DNA of 32,000 nucleotides, taken from Prochlorococcus sp. MIT 0801 (GTDB taxonomy: Bacteria > Cyanobacteriota > Cyanobacteriia > PCC-6307 > Cyanobiaceae). The translations under genes and the position numbers were made by a program. Of the stretch, positions 7,145 to 15,726 are shown in pieces. Each line of letters starts with the position of its first letter. Positions within the stretch are counted from its first letter, which is position 1. Under the pieces are notes generated by a model. It was not told where the DNA came from. It searched no databases and saw nothing but the letters and a program-made list of their open reading frames with translations. The stretch spans positions 480,001-512,000 of the forward strand of contig NZ_CP007754.1 in NCBI RefSeq assembly GCF_000757865.1, read 5' to 3'.

Positions 7145-9223
7145 ATGGAGAAGATAGGCGAGGAGAAGCAAGGAAAAAAAAAAGTAACTAGAGAAATCAC
7201 CTTCTCAGTGCCATTTAATTTAGATGAAATCAAGGAAAATTTTACTATTAATACAAACACTACATCTAATATTTCTAAGGATGTCCTTAATCAAGCATTT
7301 AATGCTCACACAAATGGAAATATTAAAGAAGCTATAGAATCTTATCAATATCTTATCAGTCAAGGATTTAATGATCCCAGAGTTTATTTAAACTATGGAA
7401 GTATATTGAAAAATCTTGGAAAATTAGAGGAAGCAGAATTAATAATCCGTAAAGGTATAGAACTAAATCCTAACTTTGCTATGGGTTATTTTAATTTAGG
7501 AATTATTTTAATAGATCTTTCTAAACCTAATGAAGCAGAGTTAGCAACTAGAGAAGGAATAAAACTTAATCCAAATTTTGCTATAGGTTACTTTAATTTG
7601 GGAATTATCTTAAAAACTCTTGGGAAAATGAATGAGGCAGTATTAGCGATAAATAAAGCTATTGAATTAAATCCAAATCATTCTAATTCATATTTTCATC
7701 TTGGAACTATATTAAATATTCTAGGTCAAAAGAAAGAAGCAGAGATAGAAATTAAAAAAGCTATTAAAATCAATCCAAATTTTTTAGAAGCTTATATTAA
7801 CTTAGGAATAATTTTAAGAGATCTTGGTAAAATAAAGGAAGCAATATTGGTGACAAGAAGAGCTATTGAAGTTGACCCTAACATTGCTGAATCTTATTCT
7901 AACCTCGGATCATTATTAGTTGATCTAGGTAATCTTGATGAAGCAGAAAAAGTATTGTTTAAGGCTATTAACCTTAATCCAAATTTAGCAAAATCATATA
8001 ATAGTCTAGGGATTTTATTTAAAACTTCAGGAAAAATATTAGAAGCAGAAAAGTTTCTTCGTCAAGCTATTAATCTTGAACCAGACTTTCCAGAGTCCTA
8101 TTATAATTTAGGTACTTTAATGAGAGATATTGGTAAATTAAAAGAAGCTGAGGATTTATTAGTTAAATCTATTCAAATTGATCCTTATATTGCTAAATCT
8201 TATTTTGTACTTTCTACTTTAAAATCAACAAGTAAAGATAAAATCTGGAAAGATAAACTCTTTTCAGAATCCATATTAACTAATCTACTCTCAAATAATA
8301 GATTTGATATTTTTTTTGCTAGAGCAAATATTCTTCATAGGGAGAAAAATTATATTGAAAGTGCCAAATATTTAAAATTAGCTAATTCCTTAAAATTTAA
8401 GAACCAACAAAATTATTCTAATAATATAATTCTCAAAACAAAAATGCTACTTATAGATTCAGAGAATTCAATTTGTAGTTATAATCAGAATATTAGTCGA
8501 AAAGCAATCACACAAGAAAGTATTTTTATAGTAGGTATGTTTAGAAGTGGGTCTACACTTTTAGAATCTATAATCAGTATGAATCCTAATGTTGTAGATC
8601 TAGGTGAAACAAATATTCTTGAAGAATCTTACGAACAATTGAAGAAATATAATGAGAATAATCAAGATTTTAATCTTTCTAATTTATACTATGAGAAGGT
8701 AAATCATTTAAAATACAATTCAAAAATATCTACTAATAAGGCACTATTTAATTATCAATATTCGGGAATAATAGCTAAACAAATCTTGAATTCTAAAATT
8801 ATTCATTGCTTTAGAAACCCTCTAGATAATATTCTATCAATTTACCGTGCAAACTTTGCCCATAAAAATGAATATGCTTCCTCATTAATTGAATGTACAA
8901 AGATTTATTTAGATCAAGACCATATAATGGAACTATATAAAAAGAAATATCGTGAAAAAATCTATGATTTAAATTACGATTTATTAGTGTCCAATCCTAA
9001 AGAAGAAATTAAATCATTAATCTCCTGGATGGGTTGGGAATGGAATGATTTATATCTCTCGCCTCATTTAAATAAACGCTCAATATCTACAGCAAGTAGT
9101 GTTCAAGTTCGTTTTCCAATTAATTCAAAATCTATTGGTGGTTGGAAAAACTACAAAGATATACTACGGCCTGCTATTGAAATCCTTAAAAAGACTTATA
9201 AATATCGAAATATTATCTCATGA
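7145..9223 (+). CDS. TPR-repeat sulfotransferase
   Basis: ORF track, 692 aa, with an N-terminal TPR array of about 9 repeats. The C-terminal domain has GMFRSGSTLLESI (PAPS loop), RNPLDNILSIYRANF and STASSVQVRFPINSKSIGGWKNY. It aligns along its length with both sulfotransferase modules of the 1146-aa protein. Confidence 0.85.
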   Translation: MEKIGEEKQGKKKVTREITFSVPFNLDEIKENFTINTNTTSNISKDVLNQAFNAHTNGNIKEAIESYQYLISQGFNDPRVYLNYGSILKNLGKLEEAELIIRKGIELNPNFAMGYFNLGIILIDLSKPNEAELATREGIKLNPNFAIGYFNLGIILKTLGKMNEAVLAINKAIELNPNHSNSYFHLGTILNILGQKKEAEIEIKKAIKINPNFLEAYINLGIILRDLGKIKEAILVTRRAIEVDPNIAESYSNLGSLLVDLGNLDEAEKVLFKAINLNPNLAKSYNSLGILFKTSGKILEAEKFLRQAINLEPDFPESYYNLGTLMRDIGKLKEAEDLLVKSIQIDPYIAKSYFVLSTLKSTSKDKIWKDKLFSESILTNLLSNNRFDIFFARANILHREKNYIESAKYLKLANSLKFKNQQNYSNNIILKTKMLLIDSENSICSYNQNISRKAITQESIFIVGMFRSGSTLLESIISMNPNVVDLGETNILEESYEQLKKYNENNQDFNLSNLYYEKVNHLKYNSKISTNKALFNYQYSGIIAKQILNSKIIHCFRNPLDNILSIYRANFAHKNEYASSLIECTKIYLDQDHIMELYKKKYREKIYDLNYDLLVSNPKEEIKSLISWMGWEWNDLYLSPHLNKRSISTASSVQVRFPINSKSIGGWKNYKDILRPAIEILKKTYKYRNIIS
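7198..7949 (+). repeat. Copy 2 of the 752-bp near-identical direct repeat (TPR-coding module)
   Basis: See copy 1. Identity starts at CACCTTCTCAGTGCC and ends at GATGAAGCAGAAA in both copies. Confidence 0.9.
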
Positions 9224-9496
9224 TATAAAATTACTAACTGGTTAAATTTTTCTCTATATTTTAACATAATATCCGCTTCCATGAGATCTATATTTTCTGC
9301 CACAAAAGGTAGAAAAGCTAATAGTTAATTCTTAATAAGGTATGTAAAAATCATTGTTCAATAAACAATCATGAGAAATTGCTTTCTGTACGATATAAAT
9401 AATTTCTCTGGATGGATTGTCTGCGGATACCTTGTATAATTATCAACTATGAATTTATAGTAAGTACTCATTTCGTTATATAATTTTTATATCTGT

Positions 9497-11470
9497 TTAT
9501 TTTCTGGTTATTTTTTTTCCATTTAGATAAAGTACATCAAGTTTTGTAGTTACAAGGAAATTAATAGCTTCTGCAGGTTTCTCAACAATAGGTTCTTTCG
9601 GACCATTAAATGATGTATTAAGTACAACTGAACATCCTGATAGTTCTTTAAATTTCTTAAGTATTAAAAATAGTCCACCTGTTTCCACTGTAACAGTTTG
9701 AACCCGTGCAGAACCGTCGACATGAGTAATTGCAGGCAGATTATTTTTTAGAACTTGACCAGTGAAAAGCATAAATGGAGACTCATTTTGCAACCCACTA
9801 AAGTACATATCAACATCTTCTTTCAAAACTGCAGGTGCGAAAGGACGCCATTTTTCTCTTTGTTTTAACTCATTCATGCGTTTCCAATTTTCAGAGTAAG
9901 TGGGATTGCTCAATAGTGAACGATGTCCCAGAGCACGAGGTCCTATTTCGCTGCGACCTTCAAACCAAGCGATGATTTTATTTTCATGAAGGTCTATCGC
10001 TGCTGATTGTTCACAATTAATATTGTCTTCGATATTTATTTGATCTTGAAAGCTTTTAATTGCTTCATTAATACTATTTTTACTATTTTTTAAACCAAGA
10101 TAAGGAAGAGATAAATATGATTTATTTGAAATTTCTAGACTAGGGTTGTCTAGTACATGGTGATAAGCATATTGAGCTCCTCCCAAAGATAATCCACTGT
10201 CATCACAAAAAGGAGGAATATAGATATTTTTAAAAGCACTTTCTTTAAATAAAAGTGAATTGGCAGGGCAATTTAGTCCTGTACCACCTGCATAGCAAAT
10301 AGTATCAATATCAATTTCGTTGTTAAGACAAATATTTGAAATACTTTCGACTGTTTGTAATAAAGTTCTTTCGAAAAGTTTTTGAGTACTAGCTGCAATG
10401 TCAATGCATATAGGTTCAAGAATTCGGTTACAATTTCCTATTGGATCGAGATCGTATCCCATTGATTTAGCTAATTTTATGCAATTTTTTAGCCAACTTT
10501 TTCTTAAATTTTTTATACCTCTGAAACGCAGGTCGTAAGTATTACCAACCATGTCTTCATTGAAAAAAATAGGTTTACCATAAGGGGCTAGACCCATCAA
10601 TTTCCCAGCTGCTCCAAAATAGTCAAACCCTAAGAAATTTCCAACTCGAATATATAAATCACCAATAGTAAGATGATGTGGAAAAATAGGAAGAATTTTA
10701 TTTGATTCTCCATAAAAAATCATTCCGTTAAGAGGACCAGTTTCTAGCAATCCTCCATCATGAGTGAGAATTATAGAATTCTTAGATGTACAGTTATAAA
10801 AAGCAGATGCAGCATGAGCAGCATGATGTTGAATAGCAACGCCAGGTATGCTTCTCCCCTTTAAAGTAACTCTTAGGGGAAAGTGAAAAAGAGATTCTGA
10901 TTTTTCTTTTTCATTTAATAAATTTTTAATCTTTAAATCAGAAATATCTTTTAAACCCATTTCTTGTTTCCAAAAATTAAGTTCAGCAAAATCTCTCAAT
11001 GATTTTTTTATGCCTAAGTCCTCTTTTTTTACTTTCTTATACTCAGGAAATTGATTTTTATAACTTCTTGATGCTACTAAATCATCACAATAAACATTAT
11101 TAATTATGGAACCACCCAAACGAGTATTAAAATTATTATTATTTTCATTGAAATTCTCATTATAAAGAATTGATTTTATTTTCTTGTTAGGGTGCTCTCC
11201 ATATTCAATTTGTAATTCTTTAGGTCGATCAACCACTACAAGTTCATAAGCTTGAGTAGAAGTAATAGCAATCATATCAATATCTTCTATTTCTAATTCT
11301 GCATTTAATAAGGATTCCTCAATATGTGAAACATTAATTCCAAATGAATGCTTTGCTCTGTTGTATCTTTCTCTAATTAAATTACATTTAGGAATACCAT
11401 TCACTAATATAGCAATACCGGCATCATGCCCAAAATGAAGTCCTAAAATTACAGTTTTATTATTTTTCAT
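9497..11470 (-). CDS. Carbamoyltransferase, NodU/CmcH/TobZ family
   Basis: ORF track, 657 aa. Family hallmarks are ILGLHFGHDAGIAIL at the N-terminus, HHAAHAASAFY, CYAGGTGLNCPANS and, in the C-terminal domain, HVDGSARVQTV and VLNTSFN. Confidence 0.9.
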   Translation of the reverse strand: MKNNKTVILGLHFGHDAGIAILVNGIPKCNLIRERYNRAKHSFGINVSHIEESLLNAELEIEDIDMIAITSTQAYELVVVDRPKELQIEYGEHPNKKIKSILYNENFNENNNNFNTRLGGSIINNVYCDDLVASRSYKNQFPEYKKVKKEDLGIKKSLRDFAELNFWKQEMGLKDISDLKIKNLLNEKEKSESLFHFPLRVTLKGRSIPGVAIQHHAAHAASAFYNCTSKNSIILTHDGGLLETGPLNGMIFYGESNKILPIFPHHLTIGDLYIRVGNFLGFDYFGAAGKLMGLAPYGKPIFFNEDMVGNTYDLRFRGIKNLRKSWLKNCIKLAKSMGYDLDPIGNCNRILEPICIDIAASTQKLFERTLLQTVESISNICLNNEIDIDTICYAGGTGLNCPANSLLFKESAFKNIYIPPFCDDSGLSLGGAQYAYHHVLDNPSLEISNKSYLSLPYLGLKNSKNSINEAIKSFQDQINIEDNINCEQSAAIDLHENKIIAWFEGRSEIGPRALGHRSLLSNPTYSENWKRMNELKQREKWRPFAPAVLKEDVDMYFSGLQNESPFMLFTGQVLKNNLPAITHVDGSARVQTVTVETGGLFLILKKFKELSGCSVVLNTSFNGPKEPIVEKPAEAINFLVTTKLDVLYLNGKKITRK

Positions 11471-11473
11471 TAG

Positions 11474-12157
11474 CTAATTAAGGTCTTTTAAAATTCTTCC
11501 AAGTAAGGAATATGCATCGACAAAGTCAGGATTAAGTTGTATCGCTTTACGAGTAGATAATTCGGCCTCTTTTAATTTACCAAGATCTTTTAATATCTTA
11601 CCTAAGCTGGCATGGGCTTCGGCTAAATCAGGTTTAAGTTCAATAAATTTTCTTATTGATAATTCAGCTTCTTTTAATTTACCTAGACTTTTTAATATAT
11701 TTCCAAGATTGTAATAAGCCTTTGTGAAATTTGGATTAAGTTTTATTGCTTTTTTATGCATAAACTCTGCTTCTTTTAACTTTGATAGTTCTTGTAAAAT
11801 ATTTCCAAGATTGAAATAATACATAGCATTATTGGGATTATGTTCAATTGCCTTACGTGTAAAAAATTCTGCTTCACTTGAGTTCCCACGACTTTTTAAA
11901 ATTGCTCCATAATTAGAAAAAACTCTGTGATCATTAAATCCTTGATTTATACAATATTGATAATACTTTGCTGCTTCTGAAATGTTGCCTTGTGAATGAA
12001 AGTTTAGTGCTTGATTAATTATTTGAGCGGGAGAAGGCTTATTAGATTTATTGCTATTGATAGTAAAAATTTCTGCGGTTTCACCTAAAGTAATTTGAAC
12101 TGGGATGATGTTCAATTTAGATACTTCTTTTTTCTGATCTGCTTTTCTCTCAGTCAC
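11474..12157 (-). CDS. Stand-alone TPR-repeat protein, in frame with the downstream carbamoyltransferase
   Basis: ORF track, 227 aa. Its pre-TPR segment and first repeat (EIFTINSNKSNKPSPAQIINQALNFHSQGNISEAAKYYQYCINQGFNDHRVFSNYGAILK) are paralogous to the N-termini of the 5319 and 7145 genes. The TAG stop at 11476..11474 is followed by one codon (CTA) and then the carbamoyltransferase ATG at 11470, all in the same frame. Confidence 0.8.
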   Translation of the reverse strand: MTERKADQKKEVSKLNIIPVQITLGETAEIFTINSNKSNKPSPAQIINQALNFHSQGNISEAAKYYQYCINQGFNDHRVFSNYGAILKSRGNSSEAEFFTRKAIEHNPNNAMYYFNLGNILQELSKLKEAEFMHKKAIKLNPNFTKAYYNLGNILKSLGKLKEAELSIRKFIELKPDLAEAHASLGKILKDLGKLKEAELSTRKAIQLNPDFVDAYSLLGRILKDLN

Positions 12158-12276
12158 ATCTATTTTTTGAAAGGATCAATTAGTTGACATTATAGCTTGA
12201 ACCTAAGTTATAACTTTCAAAGAAATTATCGATTCAATTTTATAGCTGGATTGTCAGCAGTTGGCGAACTAGTTGG

Positions 12277-13029
12277 TTAACTCATAACCATTCCACCATC
12301 AACTTGAATTACCTGACCGGTTATGTAAGAAGCGGAAGGATCTGCTGCTAAAAACCTCACTGTTCCTGCAACATCTTCAGGGTTCCCGAATCGTCCAAGC
12401 GGTATTGCAGAAAGGATTGATTCACTGTTCAGATCTTTTGTCATATCAGTTGAAATAAAACCAGGAGCAACTGCATTTACAGTGATCCCTCTGCTCGCAA
12501 ATTCTTTTGCAGCACTTTGTGTGAGACCTACCACTCCTGCCTTGGCTGCAGAATAATTTGCTTGCCCTGGGTTGCCCATTAACCCAACTACAGACGTTAT
12601 GTTGATAATTCTTCCTTTTCTTTGCTTCAACATCTGCCTTGATACAGCTCTTGTGCAATAAAAAACACCACTCAAGTTAAGGTCTAAAACTTTTTGCCAA
12701 TCGTCTGTTTTCATTCTCATTAAAAGGCCATCTTTAGTTATCCCTGCGTTGTTGACCAGAACATCAATTTTATTATTTTTCTCCAATACTGTTTTTATTA
12801 ATTCATTTACCGAGTTTTCACTAGAAATATCAGCTTGAAGGGGGTATCCCTTTCCTCCAAAGGAGTTTATTTCTGATACGACTTTATTTGCATTCTCCAA
12901 AGATGAAGAATAATTGATGATTACTTCTGCTCCTTCCTTCGCTAGCAAAATCGCAATTGCCTTACCAATCCCCCTGCTTGCGCCAGTTACAAGCGCAGTC
13001 TGACCTTCAAGTAATTTTGATAATGTCAT
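12277..13029 (-). CDS. fabG: 3-oxoacyl-[acyl-carrier-protein] reductase
   Basis: 250 aa. It has the SDR signature TGASRGIGKAIA, NNAG, and the Y-x3-K catalytic pair (YSAAKAG). Full-length similarity to FabG. Confidence 0.93.
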   Translation of the reverse strand: MTLSKLLEGQTALVTGASRGIGKAIAILLAKEGAEVIINYSSSLENANKVVSEINSFGGKGYPLQADISSENSVNELIKTVLEKNNKIDVLVNNAGITKDGLLMRMKTDDWQKVLDLNLSGVFYCTRAVSRQMLKQRKGRIINITSVVGLMGNPGQANYSAAKAGVVGLTQSAAKEFASRGITVNAVAPGFISTDMTKDLNSESILSAIPLGRFGNPEDVAGTVRFLAADPSASYITGQVIQVDGGMVMS

Positions 13030-13188
13030 AATCTTATGATTTTAAAATCCTTAGAATGGGATGCTTATTTTATTTAACTTACTATTGAGCTACTTGCTTT
13101 TTGAAAAGACTTTAAGCTAGACCAGTAAAAATAGTTATTTTTACCGGTGGAATATATTGAATAAATAATCAATGAAGGGGGATCAGTT

Positions 13189-13866
13189 TTGCATTTGTTA
13201 ATTGCGGCTGCAGGGAGTGGAAGTCGAATGGGTGCTGATAGAAATAAACTCCTTTTGAAGGTTGCAGGTAAGACGGTTTTAGAGTGGACTTTGAAAGCAG
13301 CTTTCGAGGCTAAAACAATTTCTTGGATTGGAATTATTGGACAACCCAAAGATAAAGACTCCATTTGTTCAATCCTTGATAACTCAGTAAAGTCAGTTCA
13401 ATGGATCAATGGAGGATGCACTAGACAGCAGTCAGTTCAACTGGGATTGGCGGCCCTTCCGTATAGTGCTAAGTCTGTGATGATTCATGATGGGGCAAGA
13501 TGCTTGGTGAGACCATTCGTTTTTGATGAAATCTCAAAGATTGTTTCCAAGGGGCAATCTGTTATTGCTGCGGCACAGGTAACTGACACCATAAAGAAGG
13601 TTGATAAAGATGGTGAGATTATTGAGAGCCCTCCTCGCTCAGATTTATGGGCGGCACAAACACCTCAAGGTTTTCCAGTGAATAAACTGAAGCATGCTCA
13701 CAGTGAAGCAATCGCCAAAGGATGGAATGTAACCGATGATGCATCCTTGTTTGAACGTTTGGGATTGCCAGTGAAAATATATGATGCAGGCCCTTCAAAT
13801 ATTAAAGTGACAACTCCATTTGATCTCGTAATTGCAGAGTCTCTATTATCTAGTTTAAAAGACTAA
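13189..13866 (+). CDS. ispD: 2-C-methyl-D-erythritol 4-phosphate cytidylyltransferase
   Basis: 225 aa with a TTG start. [13 protein letters not shown] is the nucleotide-binding N-terminus, and AQTPQGF is the IspD motif. Confidence 0.92.
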   Translation: MHLLIAAAGSGSRMGADRNKLLLKVAGKTVLEWTLKAAFEAKTISWIGIIGQPKDKDSICSILDNSVKSVQWINGGCTRQQSVQLGLAALPYSAKSVMIHDGARCLVRPFVFDEISKIVSKGQSVIAAAQVTDTIKKVDKDGEIIESPPRSDLWAAQTPQGFPVNKLKHAHSEAIAKGWNVTDDASLFERLGLPVKIYDAGPSNIKVTTPFDLVIAESLLSSLKD

Positions 13867-14725
13867 GACTTCCTTTATCGCCATTCAAGATAGCTTGACT
13901 ACCTAGTGGAAGTGATGCATTGCCACAACAATGTCCAATGGGCAGACTTGAAACAATTGGAATTTTAAGGTCTTGTGTTCGATCTTTGAAAATATCAATA
14001 AGCTTAAACGTCTTTGTTTCGTCGACGTTCTTCTCATTATCACAACCTATAAACGAGCCAAAACCTAGGCCAGATAGCTGTTGTAGAATTCCAGCTAATC
14101 TTAAGTGAGTTAGCATCCTGTCAATCCTGTACGGAGCTTCTCCAATATCTTCGATGATTAAAATGGATTTTTTGAAATTTGGAAGATGTTCAGTCCCAAT
14201 TAAGTGAGTCAGGACAGTTAGGTTGCCAACTATTAGAGGCCCCTTTGAGATCCCGCCTCCCCACGGGTCTCCATAAATATCTGGTACATAGTTGCCAAAC
14301 AAAATTGATTTAAGCCTATCTTTGCTCCAATCTGGTTCGGAACCTAATGTTGTAATTAGTGGACCATGAACGCCTCCTTGAAATCCACCGGCTAGACGTG
14401 CAAGAAGTATGGAAGTCAAATCAGAGAAGCCAATCATCCAACCTTCTTTCCATGGTTGTTTTTTTTCTAGCAGTCTTGCCGATCCCCACCCACCTCTAGC
14501 AAAAGCCAAAAGAGGGTAATGATTGTTTGAGTGTAATTCATTAAATCTAACTTCATCACTACCTGCTAGATAACCCCATGACCTATCTATTTCATTGATA
14601 TGGTTACATATTAATCCCCACTCCTGAAGGACTTTGATCCCAGAGTGAAGATCTTCTTTTTGGGTTATTGGCGAACTTGCCGCAACTATGTGGAAAAGAT
14701 CGCCTTTCTTTATGGGCTCCGTCAT
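13850..14725 (-). CDS. LD-carboxypeptidase (peptidase S66, LdcA-like)
   Basis: 291 aa. [24 protein letters not shown] and [11 protein letters not shown] are typical of muramoyltetrapeptide LD-carboxypeptidases. It overlaps the ispD 3-prime end convergently by 17 nt. Confidence 0.85.
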   Translation of the reverse strand: MTEPIKKGDLFHIVAASSPITQKEDLHSGIKVLQEWGLICNHINEIDRSWGYLAGSDEVRFNELHSNNHYPLLAFARGGWGSARLLEKKQPWKEGWMIGFSDLTSILLARLAGGFQGGVHGPLITTLGSEPDWSKDRLKSILFGNYVPDIYGDPWGGGISKGPLIVGNLTVLTHLIGTEHLPNFKKSILIIEDIGEAPYRIDRMLTHLRLAGILQQLSGLGFGSFIGCDNEKNVDETKTFKLIDIFKDRTQDLKIPIVSSLPIGHCCGNASLPLGSQAILNGDKGSLSLLN

Positions 14726-14750
14726 CTGCGAAACTTTATTAGTATATTAA

Positions 14751-15641
14751 TTAATTAATCTTGCTGAAGATCATGCCAAGAAGTAATAAACTTCCAAGCC
14801 TAACTTGATTGCTGAAATGCAAACCTGAAGTCTTAATACATTTTGATTTTGAACTTAATAAAAAAACCTCTCTTTGCATTCCTAAAGTAGTTATCAACCA
14901 AAAAGGCCAATATATTAATCCCAAATCTGCTTTAAAGGCAGCAAGACCTAGAAAAAAACAAGTTAAAGAATAGCAAAAAGAAACTGTTTTTATTGACTTT
15001 CTTCCGAGACTGATCGCACTGCTATTTAGACCAATTAGTTTGTCTTCTCTTTCATCTGCCATTGCATAAACAGTATCAAAGCCGAAAGTCCAGAAAATAG
15101 TTGCAAGCCAACAAAATATCAATGTTAGTCCTCCTGCTAAAGAAGATTGACTTGCTGCCCAAGGTATTAGAACTGAAAACCCCCAGCAAATAGAAAGAAT
15201 AAGTTGGGGATATTTAAACCATCTTTTCGCTGATGGATATAAGAAAATAAAAGGTAATGATAAGGATGCAAGTAGAAGGCATAAATTTCTACTTTCTTGT
15301 GGGATTGAAAGAACTATAAATAGACTTAAGAACAACATTAAAATTAGCAGTATCCATGCAGACTTTAGAGAAACTTTGCCATTAGCTAATGGTCTCTCTT
15401 TTGTTCTCAATACCTTCTTGTCAAACTTTCTGTCCCAAATATCATTAGCAATACATCCTGCACCACTTACAAATAATCCACCTGAAATTATTATTCCCAA
15501 CAAAAATAGAGAAGGAGGGGCTGTAGGAGTTAGCCAAAGAGACCACCCGGCGGGGATGAAAAGTATCAATCTTCCACTGGGTTTGTTCCATCTAAGAAGT
15601 TGAAGATAATATCCCATTTTGTGGGTAAGAAGATTATTCAC
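14751..15641 (-). CDS. ubiA: 4-hydroxybenzoate polyprenyltransferase (UbiA family, plastoquinone pathway)
   Basis: 296 aa polytopic membrane protein with the UbiA motif NDIWDRKFDKKVLRTKERPLANG and a second Asp-rich motif, YAMADEREDKLIG. Confidence 0.9.
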   Translation of the reverse strand: MNNLLTHKMGYYLQLLRWNKPSGRLILFIPAGWSLWLTPTAPPSLFLLGIIISGGLFVSGAGCIANDIWDRKFDKKVLRTKERPLANGKVSLKSAWILLILMLFLSLFIVLSIPQESRNLCLLLASLSLPFIFLYPSAKRWFKYPQLILSICWGFSVLIPWAASQSSLAGGLTLIFCWLATIFWTFGFDTVYAMADEREDKLIGLNSSAISLGRKSIKTVSFCYSLTCFFLGLAAFKADLGLIYWPFWLITTLGMQREVFLLSSKSKCIKTSGLHFSNQVRLGSLLLLGMIFSKIN

Positions 15642-15726
15642 TAAAATTCAGATTGATAATGATTTTTAAGGTCTTCTCAATGGGGTACTGAGGGTGTCAG
15701 AGTATTGAGGTTAAACCTACTCATTC

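Noticed and set aside
12446-13364. ORFs 12446..12658 and 13074..13364
   Set aside because: The first lies out of frame within fabG. The second overlaps the ispD 5-prime region in antisense. Both genuine genes have strong motif support.
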